Source: an uncultured Candidatus Saccharibacteria bacterium
GTDB taxonomy: Bacteria; Patescibacteriota; Saccharimonadia; UBA4664; CAZOQX01
NCBI GenBank assembly: GCA_964582465.1
Contig: CAZOQX010000003.1
Coordinates: 1,115 to 65,114 of the forward strand
Reading direction: 5' to 3'
DNA length: 64,000 nt
In this document: positions 35,743 to 44,417 of the stretch, piece after piece
How the letters are laid out: the number at the start of each line of letters is the position of its first letter
Position numbering within the stretch: the first letter of the stretch is position 1
Notes under the pieces: model-generated
The model's input: the letters and a program-made list of their open reading frames with translations, nothing else
Databases searched by the model: none
What the model was told of the DNA's origin: nothing
Position numbers and translations under genes: made by a program

Positions 35743-36153
35743 GTGCCCATTATAAAATCCGCTATCAAGCGCGCTCGCCAGCAAGTTAAACGCCGCGAGC
35801 ATAATGTTGAGATCAAGAAGGCCATCAAGCTAGATGTGAAGGCCTTGGCGGCGGCTGTGGAGAGCAAAAATAGCGCCAAAGTGACCGAAACCTTGCGGGC
35901 AACGATCTCAGAAATTGATCGCGCTGCCAAAAAAGGACTAATCCACAAGAATACGGCCAGCCGACGCAAGTCCCGCCTGACCTTACTCGCAAATCAAGTC
36001 GCAAAACCGACCCGTTCAGCCAAGAGCAAGCCGACTAAGCCCGCTGCAAAAGCTGTCGCCAAAACCACTCCTAAAACCACCCCTCAAAAGACCACTGCAA
36101 AGCCTAAGGCCACAGCCAAGGCCAAGCCCAAAGCCAGTGGCCAGGCCAAGTAA
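35743..36153 (+). CDS. rpsT: 30S ribosomal protein S20 with a Lys/Ala/Pro/Thr-rich C-terminal extension
   Basis: (M)PIIKSAIKRARQQVKRREHNVEIKKAIK... is the S20 core of about 85 aa. A roughly 50-aa tail follows (KPTRSAKSKPTKPAAKAVAKTTPKTTPQKTTAKPKATAKAKPKASGQAK). GTG start. Confidence 0.9.
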   Translation: MPIIKSAIKRARQQVKRREHNVEIKKAIKLDVKALAAAVESKNSAKVTETLRATISEIDRAAKKGLIHKNTASRRKSRLTLLANQVAKPTRSAKSKPTKPAAKAVAKTTPKTTPQKTTAKPKATAKAKPKASGQAK

Positions 36154-36343
36154 GCCCGAAGATACCCCCAGCGGGCGTTATTTGCAGCTCTGCCAAGAGC
36201 TAATCGACCGTGTCGGTGCAATGCGTAATTTTGGCATGCGGAAGCACGATGTGTGGCTGGCCAAGGGCGAACTAAATCGAATCGTCGAGCTGACGGGCGA
36301 GCTACAAGCCCTCCTCGAAGAAATCAAAACGACCGACACCTAG
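36137..36343 (+). CDS. Small hypothetical helical protein (uncertain)
   Basis: 68-aa ORF overlapping the rpsT stop and converging on the holA stop. No motif recognised. Confidence 0.3.
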   Translation: MARPSKPEDTPSGRYLQLCQELIDRVGAMRNFGMRKHDVWLAKGELNRIVELTGELQALLEEIKTTDT

Positions 36344-37275
36344 GCCGTTATGCCAGTCGCAATCTTATTAATCAGCTGCTCTACCAGTAAACTCGGCTCA
36401 CCCTGCCCGGTTTTGATAGCGTAATTCGTTTGTAGCGCCGCCAAAAAGGCCTGTCTAAGCACGGCCTCATTAATACTTTCCTGTCTGGACAGCGCCTTCG
36501 CCGCCACGTACGGTGACATGCCGGCTGATTTCGCGAGTTCACCAGGAGATATGCGGCCAGCGGCCTTAGCGAGAATCAAGTTCCTAAGCTGCCACGTCAC
36601 CATGCTTAAAACATAAATTTCTTCCGTGCGCTCGGCGAGCAGGCGCCGGTAAAGTTGCAGTGCCTCCCCCACCTTGCCGTTCGTCATCGCGTCCACCAGG
36701 TCAAAAATAGTTTGTTGAAAACCCGGCTCCACCATTTGCCGCACCGCGTCTACAGTAATCACGTTTTGGAAGTTAACCAATTTTAAAATCTCTTGGTGCA
36801 GGCGCCACTGATCATCCCCCGCCCGCTCAATTAGTTGGTCTACGGCCGCGGGCTCGATCTCACCACCTAAGCGCCTAGCCTCATCAGTCACCCATTTCTT
36901 CAAATGCGAGCCCGCCAAAAGTTCAAATTTGAAGGTTTGAGCCCGTTTTTTTAAATCCTTGAAGTAAATCGTCCGCTCGTCCACGGCTCGCTCAAAGAAT
37001 AAGGCCACGGTCGAATCGGGAATCTTATCGAGCAAGTTCAAAGCTTCCTTGGCTACATTCTTATTTACCCCCAGGTTCTCGATGATCACAAGGCGGCTAC
37101 CGGCCAGGAATGGCACGGCTTGCAGGGCCGACTCCAAACTTTTAAGATCAATTGTTTCGCCATTTATCCGTTCGATGCCAAAGTCGTTGCCGTTTTTCTT
37201 AATATATTGATCGACCAATTCACCGACTTTGCGGCGACCAGCAAAAATATTCGGCCCATAGAAAAATAGGATCAT
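36340..37275 (-). CDS. holA: DNA polymerase III delta subunit
   Basis: 311 aa. MILFFYGPNIFAGRRKV... N-terminal clamp-loader delta fold, and C-terminal helical domain (IFDLVDAMTNGKVGEALQLYRRLL). Confidence 0.8.
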   Translation of the reverse strand: MILFFYGPNIFAGRRKVGELVDQYIKKNGNDFGIERINGETIDLKSLESALQAVPFLAGSRLVIIENLGVNKNVAKEALNLLDKIPDSTVALFFERAVDERTIYFKDLKKRAQTFKFELLAGSHLKKWVTDEARRLGGEIEPAAVDQLIERAGDDQWRLHQEILKLVNFQNVITVDAVRQMVEPGFQQTIFDLVDAMTNGKVGEALQLYRRLLAERTEEIYVLSMVTWQLRNLILAKAAGRISPGELAKSAGMSPYVAAKALSRQESINEAVLRQAFLAALQTNYAIKTGQGEPSLLVEQLINKIATGITA

Positions 37276-37820
37276 TGCGAATTATCCAAAAGTTTAATTA
37301 CCTCGGCATTGGGAATAACGTCTAGCCTAACGATGTCAGAAGCAGGCAATCCTCTGCTCGTAATCTGCATCATGCGGCCAATTCCATTACTCGACACCAC
37401 CAGTACACTTCTTTTTTTGTGCTTAAGCTTTTCGACCATCCTGATAGCTCTTTCATAAAGCTGAGATCGAGTTTCAATTCCAGGGACATTGTCGGGGGCG
37501 CCAGCAAGGCTCTTGGCTTGCTGCAATAAATCCAACGATCTACCCGTTAGCTCACCCATGTTGCGCTCTTTCAACTCATCGTCTAGTTCAATTTTATCCA
37601 TGGGGTAACCAATCACTTCAGCTACTACCTCAGCTGTTTGCCGAACGCGCTTGGAGGGCGCCGAAATAATCTTGTCTATCTTCAATCCGCGAGCCTTTTC
37701 ACCAGCCTGACGGGCCTGTTCGAATCCAAGCTCAGTCAATTCATCGTTGAGCTCACCTTGGCCCACGATTACTCGTTTTAAATTCCCTAAGCTTTGGCCA
37801 TGTCGCAAAAAGTAGATCAT
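37272..37820 (-). CDS. Histidine phosphatase family protein (PGAM-like)
   Basis: MIYFLRHGQS catalytic RHG motif. 182 aa. Confidence 0.85.
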   Translation of the reverse strand: MIYFLRHGQSLGNLKRVIVGQGELNDELTELGFEQARQAGEKARGLKIDKIISAPSKRVRQTAEVVAEVIGYPMDKIELDDELKERNMGELTGRSLDLLQQAKSLAGAPDNVPGIETRSQLYERAIRMVEKLKHKKRSVLVVSSNGIGRMMQITSRGLPASDIVRLDVIPNAEVIKLLDNSQ

Positions 37821-37903
37821 TGCTTTAGTTTAGCAGCCCGAGACTTCAAAATTTGAGGGCTCAGGCCGGAGCGCTCTCGCGTCCGGGTCGAACACGTGAA
37901 CGC

Positions 37904-38287
37904 TCATGCAGGGAATGGTTCGGGCTCCGGGGCTGGATCCAGGAACACGAACTTCGCGATGTCGGAAAGGGCGAAGTAGTAGGTGTCACCGGAGCACTTG
38001 ATGCACCACACGGCCTCGGCCTTCCTGCGATCGGGCAGAACACGCTCCTCGAATCTTCCACCCAGCTGGCCCACACGTGAGCGCGGTCCAGTGGAATCGG
38101 GCTCCATGAATTGATCACGGCTCTCCTGGAACCACGGCCGGTCCATGAAGAGCTCAACCCTAATTCGTAGGGAGCTTGAGAAGACCTCCCGGTGGAACTC
38201 GGCCAGGATCTTGGTCGTCGCCTCTTGGCCGGCTAGAGCAGCGTAGTAAGCCCGCACGGTCTGGAGGTACGTCTCGCCACTATCCAT
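37904..38287 (-). CDS. Hypothetical cytoplasmic protein in a GC-rich islet
   Basis: The ATG at 38287 is preceded by GCGGGAGGAAGAA and gives MDSGETYLQTVRAYYAALAGQEATTKILAEFHREVF... (127 aa). The longer listed ORF (to 38467) runs into mutM in another frame. Confidence 0.5.
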   Translation of the reverse strand: MDSGETYLQTVRAYYAALAGQEATTKILAEFHREVFSSSLRIRVELFMDRPWFQESRDQFMEPDSTGPRSRVGQLGGRFEERVLPDRRKAEAVWCIKCSGDTYYFALSDIAKFVFLDPAPEPEPFPA

Positions 38288-38351
38288 TTCTTCCTCCCGC
38301 TCCAGGATAAGGTCATTCTCCGGCCTATTCAGGTTCGGCGCAAGCTTAAGG

Positions 38352-39224
38352 TTAATGCTTTTGGCAATGCGGGCAAAAATGAGTGCCGCGGCCGGCCACC
38401 CGGATTTTCTCGATTGGAGTGCCACAGACGGGGCAAGCCTGACCTTCACGGCGAAACACCCGCGCATTCTGCAAATAATTACCCCTCACGCCCAAGATAT
38501 TCACAAAGTTGGTAAAGCTTGTGCCACCATAATCGATGGCTTGGCGCAGTACTTCCCGAATGGAGCCGTGCAAGGCCTCTATTTCCTTTTTGGTGAGGGA
38601 GCCTGCAAGCCGTGCTGGATGAACCTTAGCCAGGTGCAGCGACTCATCGGCATAAATATTACCAATCCCCGAGACAGTCGATTGATCCAAAATCACGGCC
38701 TTTATAGGCGCCTTGGGGTGGCGTTTGATCTGCTGCAAAAAGCCTTCAAGGGTAAAATCGGCCGTTAGCGGCTCGGGACCTAGCCGGCTAATGAGCGCAT
38801 CGGCCGGCACTTCCTCGGCGTGTACCAGCTTCACCCAGCCAAACTTGCGCTGGTCGTTAAAAAAAAGTCGGTCGCCGGAAGCAAATTCAAAAATAACCCG
38901 TGTGCTCCTGTCGGGCAGCTCCCGCATCATGCTGTCGGTCGGATGGCCACCGGCAAACCGCTCACCCCGTCGGGGCTGAAAAACTAATTGGCCCGTCATT
39001 TTGAGGTGAACCATGAGGTTGTAGCCGTTTTCTAGTTCCAAAAATAACACTTTGGCCCGGCGGGCAATACCTTTAATCTTTTGCCCCAGCACAAATTGTT
39101 GCAGTTGTGCTGACGTAATTTGCAGGCTCTTCGCCCACGTTGTTTCCACCGATTTAATCATCTGCCCACGAATCAGCTGGTCCAACCCTAATCTGATCGT
39201 CTCAACCTCGGGCAGCTCAGGCAT
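38352..39224 (-). CDS. mutM: Formamidopyrimidine-DNA glycosylase (Fpg/MutM)
   Basis: MPELPEVETIRLGL catalytic N-terminus, H2TH region, and C-terminal zinc finger CPVCGTPIEKIRVAGRGTHFCPHCQ. Confidence 0.95.
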   Translation of the reverse strand: MPELPEVETIRLGLDQLIRGQMIKSVETTWAKSLQITSAQLQQFVLGQKIKGIARRAKVLFLELENGYNLMVHLKMTGQLVFQPRRGERFAGGHPTDSMMRELPDRSTRVIFEFASGDRLFFNDQRKFGWVKLVHAEEVPADALISRLGPEPLTADFTLEGFLQQIKRHPKAPIKAVILDQSTVSGIGNIYADESLHLAKVHPARLAGSLTKKEIEALHGSIREVLRQAIDYGGTSFTNFVNILGVRGNYLQNARVFRREGQACPVCGTPIEKIRVAGRGTHFCPHCQKH

Positions 39225-39595
39225 TAAAGCTCCTCGACTTTTACAATGTGCTCTGCGGAGATAGGAGTTAAGGAGGCAACCTGAAATGTCCTAGGTAGGT
39301 CCGTTGAACGGAATAGAGGTTGGTCCAACTCTAAATGCAGCCGCACAACCTTTTCGTGCTTGGCTTTTACATGCGCCAGGACGTCAGCCAAAGTTTTTTC
39401 ATAAAGTGAGTCGGTCGGATCTGCCATAAACACCGCTACCATACCGGCCCAATGTTTGGGCGCTGGATCACGCGGCTTAATAAAACCCTGTTCTACTATT
39501 TTGGCATAATTTTCTGCCGTCGTCAGGTGATACAAAACCCCGGCTGGCTTATAAGGCACCCAAAAATTCCCATACTCTTCGGGGATGCTAGGCAC
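39224..39595 (-). CDS. Hypothetical protein
   Basis: 123-aa ORF coupled to flanking genes. No family recognised with confidence. Confidence 0.5.
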   Translation of the reverse strand: MPSIPEEYGNFWVPYKPAGVLYHLTTAENYAKIVEQGFIKPRDPAPKHWAGMVAVFMADPTDSLYEKTLADVLAHVKAKHEKVVRLHLELDQPLFRSTDLPRTFQVASLTPISAEHIVKVEEL

Positions 39596-39893
39596 TGGGC
39601 ATTACCTCATCAAACGGTTCGTCGAATTCTCCGCGAAAAATCAGCTCGCTTCCGGGATAGCTGCTCTCGCGTTCGGGATGTTCGGTATCGACTCGCCGTC
39701 TAGCTTCATCCCGCGCTCCTTTGCTCTCCCATCTCGCGATAGCCATAAAAGTTCCCGGCTCGGTCAAGGATCGATGTAATTTTGTGCCTTGGGCTCCAGG
39801 ATAGGATTGCAAAAATCGGCTGTTGCGTTTCCAATGCTCGACGAACTTCTCTTTTTCGCCTTCTGGCACACGCCAAACAAAAATACCTTTCAT
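39588..39893 (-). CDS. ABM (antibiotic biosynthesis monooxygenase-like) domain protein
   Basis: 101 aa with a ferredoxin-like ABM pattern (FVEHWKRNSRFLQSYPGAQGTKLHRSLTEPGTFMAIARWESKGA). Confidence 0.6.
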   Translation of the reverse strand: MKGIFVWRVPEGEKEKFVEHWKRNSRFLQSYPGAQGTKLHRSLTEPGTFMAIARWESKGARDEARRRVDTEHPERESSYPGSELIFRGEFDEPFDEVMPSA

Positions 39894-42607
39894 TACATTT
39901 CGCCCCAGTTCTTGCCGATCTTCGTGTCAACGTCGAGCTTAACTTTAAATTTGTGAACTTTCTCCATTTTGTCCTTAAGGTAGGCGGCGACAGACTCGGC
40001 CTTCTTTTCAGACACTTCCACTATTAACGAATCATGCACCTGCAAAAGCATCTTGGCGTCGGAATCCATCTCCTGGCCGATTTGGATCATCACCAGCTTC
40101 ATCAAATCCGCCTCAGTGCCTTGGATGGGCATGTTAATAGCCGCCCGCTCCGCCGCCTGGCGCACCACAAAATTAGCGCTTTTTACATCCGGCGTCGGAC
40201 GGCGACGACCAAACAGCGTCTCCACATAACCATCTTTGTGCGCCTTCTCGCGCAAGCTCTCCAGATAAACGAGCAGCTGTTTGCGCATACCGAAATAGCG
40301 ATCAATGAAAGCCTTCGCCGTATCGTGATCCATGCCGGTCGCCACGCTCAAACCGTGCGGACTCATGCCGTAGAGCACGCCAAAGTTCACTGTTTTGGCG
40401 GCCGCGCGCATATCTTTCGTGACTTTATCCTCGGGCACGTTAAATAATTCCGCTGCCGTCTCCACATGAATATCGACGCCGCGATTGAACGTTTCAATCA
40501 TGTCTTGGTCGTCCGCCAGTACCGCCGCCAAGCGCAGTTCAAATTGTGAGTAGTCAGCCGAGATTAATAGTTTGCCGGCACCGGCCACAAAGGCCTTGCG
40601 GATTTCGCGACCCAGCTCGGTTCGCACCGGAATGTTTTGCAAATTGGGGTTATTCGAGCTCAGGCGACCGGTCGCGGCAATGGTTTGGTTATAGCTCGTA
40701 TGCAAGCGACCGTTTTTATCGACCAGGAGCGGCAAAGCATCGATGTACGTGCTTTTGAGCTTGGTCAGCTCACGGTATTCCATAATTAAATCGATAATCG
40801 GGTGAGTACCCTGGAGCTTTTCTAGCTCGCTTGCAGCCGTAGACACGCCACTCTTCACCCGTTTTAAACCTACCGATCCAAGATTCAACCTATCAAATAA
40901 AACCGCTTTGAGCTGCTGGGTAGAACTAATATTGAATGAACCGCCGGCCATTTCCCAAATGTCTTTTTCGAGCTTGGTGATGCGCTTGCCCACCACATCA
41001 GCAAGTTCTTTTAGGTAAACCGAGTCGAGTTTAATGCCCTCGATCTCCATGGCAGCAAGCACTGGGATGAGGGGCCATTCCTGTGTCTCGGCCACCTTCT
41101 GCAGACGGTCGGTTTTTTTTAGCTCCGGTCGCAACTTTTCGTACAGGCGCCAGGTGATATCAGCATCCTCGCAGGCGTAGCAATGGGCGTCTTCGATAGT
41201 CGTAACGTCAAACGTCGTTTGCCCACGACCCGTGCCGATTAAACGTTCAATTGGAATCATCTCCAAACCAAGTTCGTTAAAAGCCAGATCACTTAATCCT
41301 GGCGATCGGCGCAAAGGGTTGAGCAAAAATGCCGCCACCATAGTGTCGAACACTACCGGGCCAAGCTCCACCCCACAGGTACGAAACACCTCATAATCGA
41401 ATTTGATGTTGTGGCCAACTTTGCCGATTTTAGGATTTTCGAGCACCGGCTGGAGCAGTCGGAAGATCTCATCTTTTTTAAGTTGGTTGCCACTTTGATG
41501 GCCCACCGGGATATACCACGATTGCTTGGCCTTAAAGCTGATGGAAATCCCCACCAGTGTCGCGGTAATAGAATCTACACTGTTTGTTTCCGTATCAATC
41601 GCGATCACAGGCTGCTGCTCGAGCAACTTCACCAGTTTTGTGAGTTTTTCGGCTGTATCTACAATCTCGTAATCCACGTCCACCGGTTTTTCGATGGTTG
41701 CCTCGGCCTGATCGAACAAGCTCGGCACCTTGGCCTTTGCCGGTTGGGGTAATTTATCGAGCAAACTCTTAAATTCGAAGCGTTGGAAGAGCTCAAAAGC
41801 CCGATCCCGGTCGATCTCACCCCACCGGGATTTGTCCAGGTCGAGCTTGATTGGCATATCGGTCACAATGGTTGCAAGCTTGCGGCTGAGCATGGCCTGG
41901 TCCTTATTCTCCCGCAATTTGTCGGCTACCGCTGGCTTCAGCTCATCCAGGTGTTCATAAATCCCCTCGAGCGAACCATGCGTTTGAACTAAACTCATCG
42001 CCGTCTTCTCACCAATCCCCGGCACGCCGGCAATATTATCGCTGGCATCACCCTTGAGCGCCTTAAAATCCACGAACTGCGCTGGCGTCATGCCGTAAGT
42101 TTCCTGCATGGCCGCAGTATCAAAGATCACCGTGTCCGTCATGCCGCGCCGCATCGTGTAAACTCGCGTATTGTGGTCAATCAGCTGCAGCTCATCCTTG
42201 TCGCCCGTTACAATCACCGTATCTAAATTTTGGACCGAGGATTGTTTTGCGAGCGTGCCAATAATGTCGTCAGCCTCGTAGTCTTCCACTTCTACAAGCG
42301 GAATGGCGAGAGCGTCAATTACTTCTTTGACCAGGGGAATTTGCTGGCGCAGATCATCCGGCATTTCCGCTCGGTTAGCCTTATATGTGGGTGAGAGGTC
42401 ATTGCGAAATGTCTTCTTCGATTTATCCCAAGCCACTACCACATAGTCTGGCTTCAAGTCGCGAATGCTGTTTAGGAGCATCAGCGTAAAGCCGTACACA
42501 GCGTTAGTGGGCGTACCGTCTTTAGTGGAAAGTCCCGGGATAGCATGATAACCGCGGTGAAATACCGCGTTGCCATCAAATAGTACTATCCTCTTCTTTG
42601 CTGCCAT
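39893..42607 (-). CDS. polA: DNA polymerase I
   Basis: 904 aa with a 5' nuclease domain (VLFDGNAVFHRGYHA), a 3'-5' exo domain (IAIDTETNS) and a polymerase domain (ISADYSQFELRLAA, RAAAKTVNFGVLYGM, LQVHDSLIVE). Confidence 0.98.
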   Translation of the reverse strand: MAAKKRIVLFDGNAVFHRGYHAIPGLSTKDGTPTNAVYGFTLMLLNSIRDLKPDYVVVAWDKSKKTFRNDLSPTYKANRAEMPDDLRQQIPLVKEVIDALAIPLVEVEDYEADDIIGTLAKQSSVQNLDTVIVTGDKDELQLIDHNTRVYTMRRGMTDTVIFDTAAMQETYGMTPAQFVDFKALKGDASDNIAGVPGIGEKTAMSLVQTHGSLEGIYEHLDELKPAVADKLRENKDQAMLSRKLATIVTDMPIKLDLDKSRWGEIDRDRAFELFQRFEFKSLLDKLPQPAKAKVPSLFDQAEATIEKPVDVDYEIVDTAEKLTKLVKLLEQQPVIAIDTETNSVDSITATLVGISISFKAKQSWYIPVGHQSGNQLKKDEIFRLLQPVLENPKIGKVGHNIKFDYEVFRTCGVELGPVVFDTMVAAFLLNPLRRSPGLSDLAFNELGLEMIPIERLIGTGRGQTTFDVTTIEDAHCYACEDADITWRLYEKLRPELKKTDRLQKVAETQEWPLIPVLAAMEIEGIKLDSVYLKELADVVGKRITKLEKDIWEMAGGSFNISSTQQLKAVLFDRLNLGSVGLKRVKSGVSTAASELEKLQGTHPIIDLIMEYRELTKLKSTYIDALPLLVDKNGRLHTSYNQTIAATGRLSSNNPNLQNIPVRTELGREIRKAFVAGAGKLLISADYSQFELRLAAVLADDQDMIETFNRGVDIHVETAAELFNVPEDKVTKDMRAAAKTVNFGVLYGMSPHGLSVATGMDHDTAKAFIDRYFGMRKQLLVYLESLREKAHKDGYVETLFGRRRPTPDVKSANFVVRQAAERAAINMPIQGTEADLMKLVMIQIGQEMDSDAKMLLQVHDSLIVEVSEKKAESVAAYLKDKMEKVHKFKVKLDVDTKIGKNWGEM

Positions 42608-42614
42608 TACATTA

Positions 42615-42620
42615 ATTATA
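42615..42620 (-). promoter_or_regulatory. Candidate -10 box for polA (near-leaderless)
   Basis: The minus strand reads a perfect TATAAT 7 nt upstream of the polA ATG. No convincing -35 was seen. Confidence 0.3.
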
Positions 42621-42722
42621 GCGAAATTGCTTACTTTCGTGCCGCTTAAGGTTGCTAATCAGGTTGTCAGATTGCAAAATTGCTTTATTGGCATTGCCCG
42701 CTCTTCGACAAAAGGAGCAAAG

Positions 42723-43286
42723 TTGAGCACTCCGACCCTGACACGCCCGGCCCGAACCTACTGGAAGGTCGAGCGCCTGAAGCTGAGCTACAGTGGCATC
42801 GAGGAACGTCGCGAACAGGTACGGCTGCAATCCGAGGCCAACCTCATCGCCTCGCTGTGCGCAAATGGTCTCCACGCCCCGGCACTGGATCTCGACTTTG
42901 AGGTCGATACAGTGAACGTCGGAGACCGAACCCTGCTGACCTTCCACAAGCGAGTGCCTATGCGAGGCTTCAAGTCTCTGCTCAGGGCCTGGCAGGCCTC
43001 GGGCATGTGGCCTGGAGGTGAATGGTGGTGGCAGCCAGGAAGCGTGACACTCATGACTCTGTATCCGACGCGCCTAGTCGCCTCCAGCACGCCCGGCCAC
43101 CACCACCTCTACTACGATCGAGAGATCACCTGGGAGGAATACGCCGAGCTGCTACGTGGACTTCGCGACGCCGGGCTCATCCAGCGCGGGTTCTGTCGCA
43201 TGAGCCTCCGGCGCAAAATGACCATGTTGCGCCTCCCCGGGCACACCAAGAAGACCACACCTCTTCAACCCAGGTTCTCCGACTAG
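42723..43286 (+). CDS. Small protein with archaeo-eukaryotic primase (AEP/Prim-Pol)-like motifs; first gene of the GC-rich island operon
   Basis: The TTG at 42723 is preceded by AAAGGAGCAAAG and is in frame with listed ORF 42570-43286, whose 5' part overlaps polA. Ordered motifs are ALDLDFE (DxD-like), SSTPGHHHLYYD (compare the sGxGxHxYF-type motif) and MLRLPGHTKK (R-x-PG-x-x-K-like). Family assignment is from motif resemblance only. Confidence 0.5.
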   Translation: MSTPTLTRPARTYWKVERLKLSYSGIEERREQVRLQSEANLIASLCANGLHAPALDLDFEVDTVNVGDRTLLTFHKRVPMRGFKSLLRAWQASGMWPGGEWWWQPGSVTLMTLYPTRLVASSTPGHHHLYYDREITWEEYAELLRGLRDAGLIQRGFCRMSLRRKMTMLRLPGHTKKTTPLQPRFSD

Positions 43287-43320
43287 TGTCGGCACGCGGA
43301 CAGTTTGATTGGAGGTTCCA

Positions 43321-43527
43321 GTGGCAAAGTTGAAGCCACGACAGAGGCAAATCCTCGCAGCCCTGGTTTCCCTCGGCGGCGAGGGCAGTACCCGCGAGAT
43401 CGCCGAGAAAGCTGGACTCTCTCCGAACGGTGTAGCCCAGACGCTGGGCTCCCCCGCCTTCGACGACATTGTCGAAGGCTTGGACGGCAAGGCCGGCGAC
43501 TACCGGTGGAAACTGCGCGTTCGCTGA
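43321..43527 (+). CDS. Winged-helix DNA-binding protein (island gene 2)
   Basis: The GTG at 43321 lies 5 nt after GGAGG. (V)AKLKPRQRQILAALVSLGGEGSTREIAEKAGLSPNGVAQTL... is a typical wHTH of the MarR/ArsR type. Confidence 0.6.
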   Translation: MAKLKPRQRQILAALVSLGGEGSTREIAEKAGLSPNGVAQTLGSPAFDDIVEGLDGKAGDYRWKLRVR

Positions 43528-43731
43528 TGCCGAATTTCGGAATCAGCCAATTCGCCGCTGGTTTCACCTACTTCGTCGGTGCGAAACTTCAGCCGATCGC
43601 CGATCTTTTGACCGAACGCCGGTTACATGTGCTCGGCTGTGAGGACCGATTCAACAAGGACCGGCGGCGTCGGAAATTCGGCTGCATGCATTACCCCAAG
43701 GCAGCCATCAGACAATGGAGGAGGCACTGAC

Positions 43732-44154
43732 ATGGGTGAGATGTTGGTCGACGGCAGGGATGCCAAGGTCTACATTCTCTGCCGCCAGCCCGGTGACGTC
43801 CCGTTCGCGTGGTACGAATATTGGGTGGTGTTTCGCGATGGCGAAGTGATCGAGGGCGCTAGCACCAGCGTGCACGATCTCTCCATCGTCGGGGACACGC
43901 TCATGCACAGTCGCCGCATCAACAACGCCCAGTTCCAAACCCCGCCCACGCCGGGGCGAGGCAAGTCGTCGGAACGTTGGCCGGTTCGAGTCATTGAACT
44001 CGGCCACTACTACGGCGAGACCGATGAGGTGGACGATGATCCCCTCTTCTGTCGCTACGACTGCGGCGCCTTCATCACCTGGTATGAGGGTGATGCGCCA
44101 TCAGGCGTCGACCCGTTCGGCGAGTGCCCCAACCATCCGGAGGCCAAGCGATGA
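43732..44154 (+). CDS. Hypothetical protein (island gene 3) with a C-terminal CxxxC...CxxH pattern
   Basis: The ATG at 43732 is preceded by GGAGGAGG. 140 aa with strongly GC3-biased codons. CRYDC...ECPNH lies near the C-terminus. Confidence 0.55.
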   Translation: MGEMLVDGRDAKVYILCRQPGDVPFAWYEYWVVFRDGEVIEGASTSVHDLSIVGDTLMHSRRINNAQFQTPPTPGRGKSSERWPVRVIELGHYYGETDEVDDDPLFCRYDCGAFITWYEGDAPSGVDPFGECPNHPEAKR

Positions 44155-44417
44155 GAGCTAGGCACTCCCCCACACCCAGTGGCACCCCGATCCGTGATTC
44201 AGAGTCAATCGGGCTCAGAAGCACGTTACTGCGGCAGGCCGCTCCCTTGCGGCGGGCCGCTCTGGACCTTGATCCGGATGCGTGGCGACGAGCGGTTAAA
44301 GTGATCGGCTCTCCCACGGATGTCCGTTATGTGCTCGCCATGTTCGACGACGAACTGCCGGCACAGGCGCTGGAGTTCGCCCGACGCATGCTGGCAAAGA
44401 CGGAGGCATCAAAATGA
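44151..44417 (+). CDS. Hypothetical protein (island gene 4)
   Basis: ATGA start/stop overlap with gene 3. 88 aa, Arg/Ala/Pro-rich. Confidence 0.45.
   Translation: MRARHSPTPSGTPIRDSESIGLRSTLLRQAAPLRRAALDLDPDAWRRAVKVIGSPTDVRYVLAMFDDELPAQALEFARRMLAKTEASK

Noticed and set aside
35676-35969. 97-aa minus-strand ORF overlapping rpsT
   Set aside because: It is antisense to a clearly recognisable S20 gene and has a low-complexity Ala/Leu/Ser composition.
38288-38467. Upstream 60 codons of listed ORF 37904-38467
   Set aside because: They overlap the mutM 3' end in another frame. The internal ATG at 38287 has a strong RBS and marks the compositional boundary.
42570-42722. 5' part of listed ORF 42570-43286, which overlaps the polA start and its promoter region
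   Set aside because: It has AT-richer composition and no RBS. An in-frame TTG at 42723 with AAAGGAG coincides with the composition shift, so the upstream 51 codons are treated as spurious.
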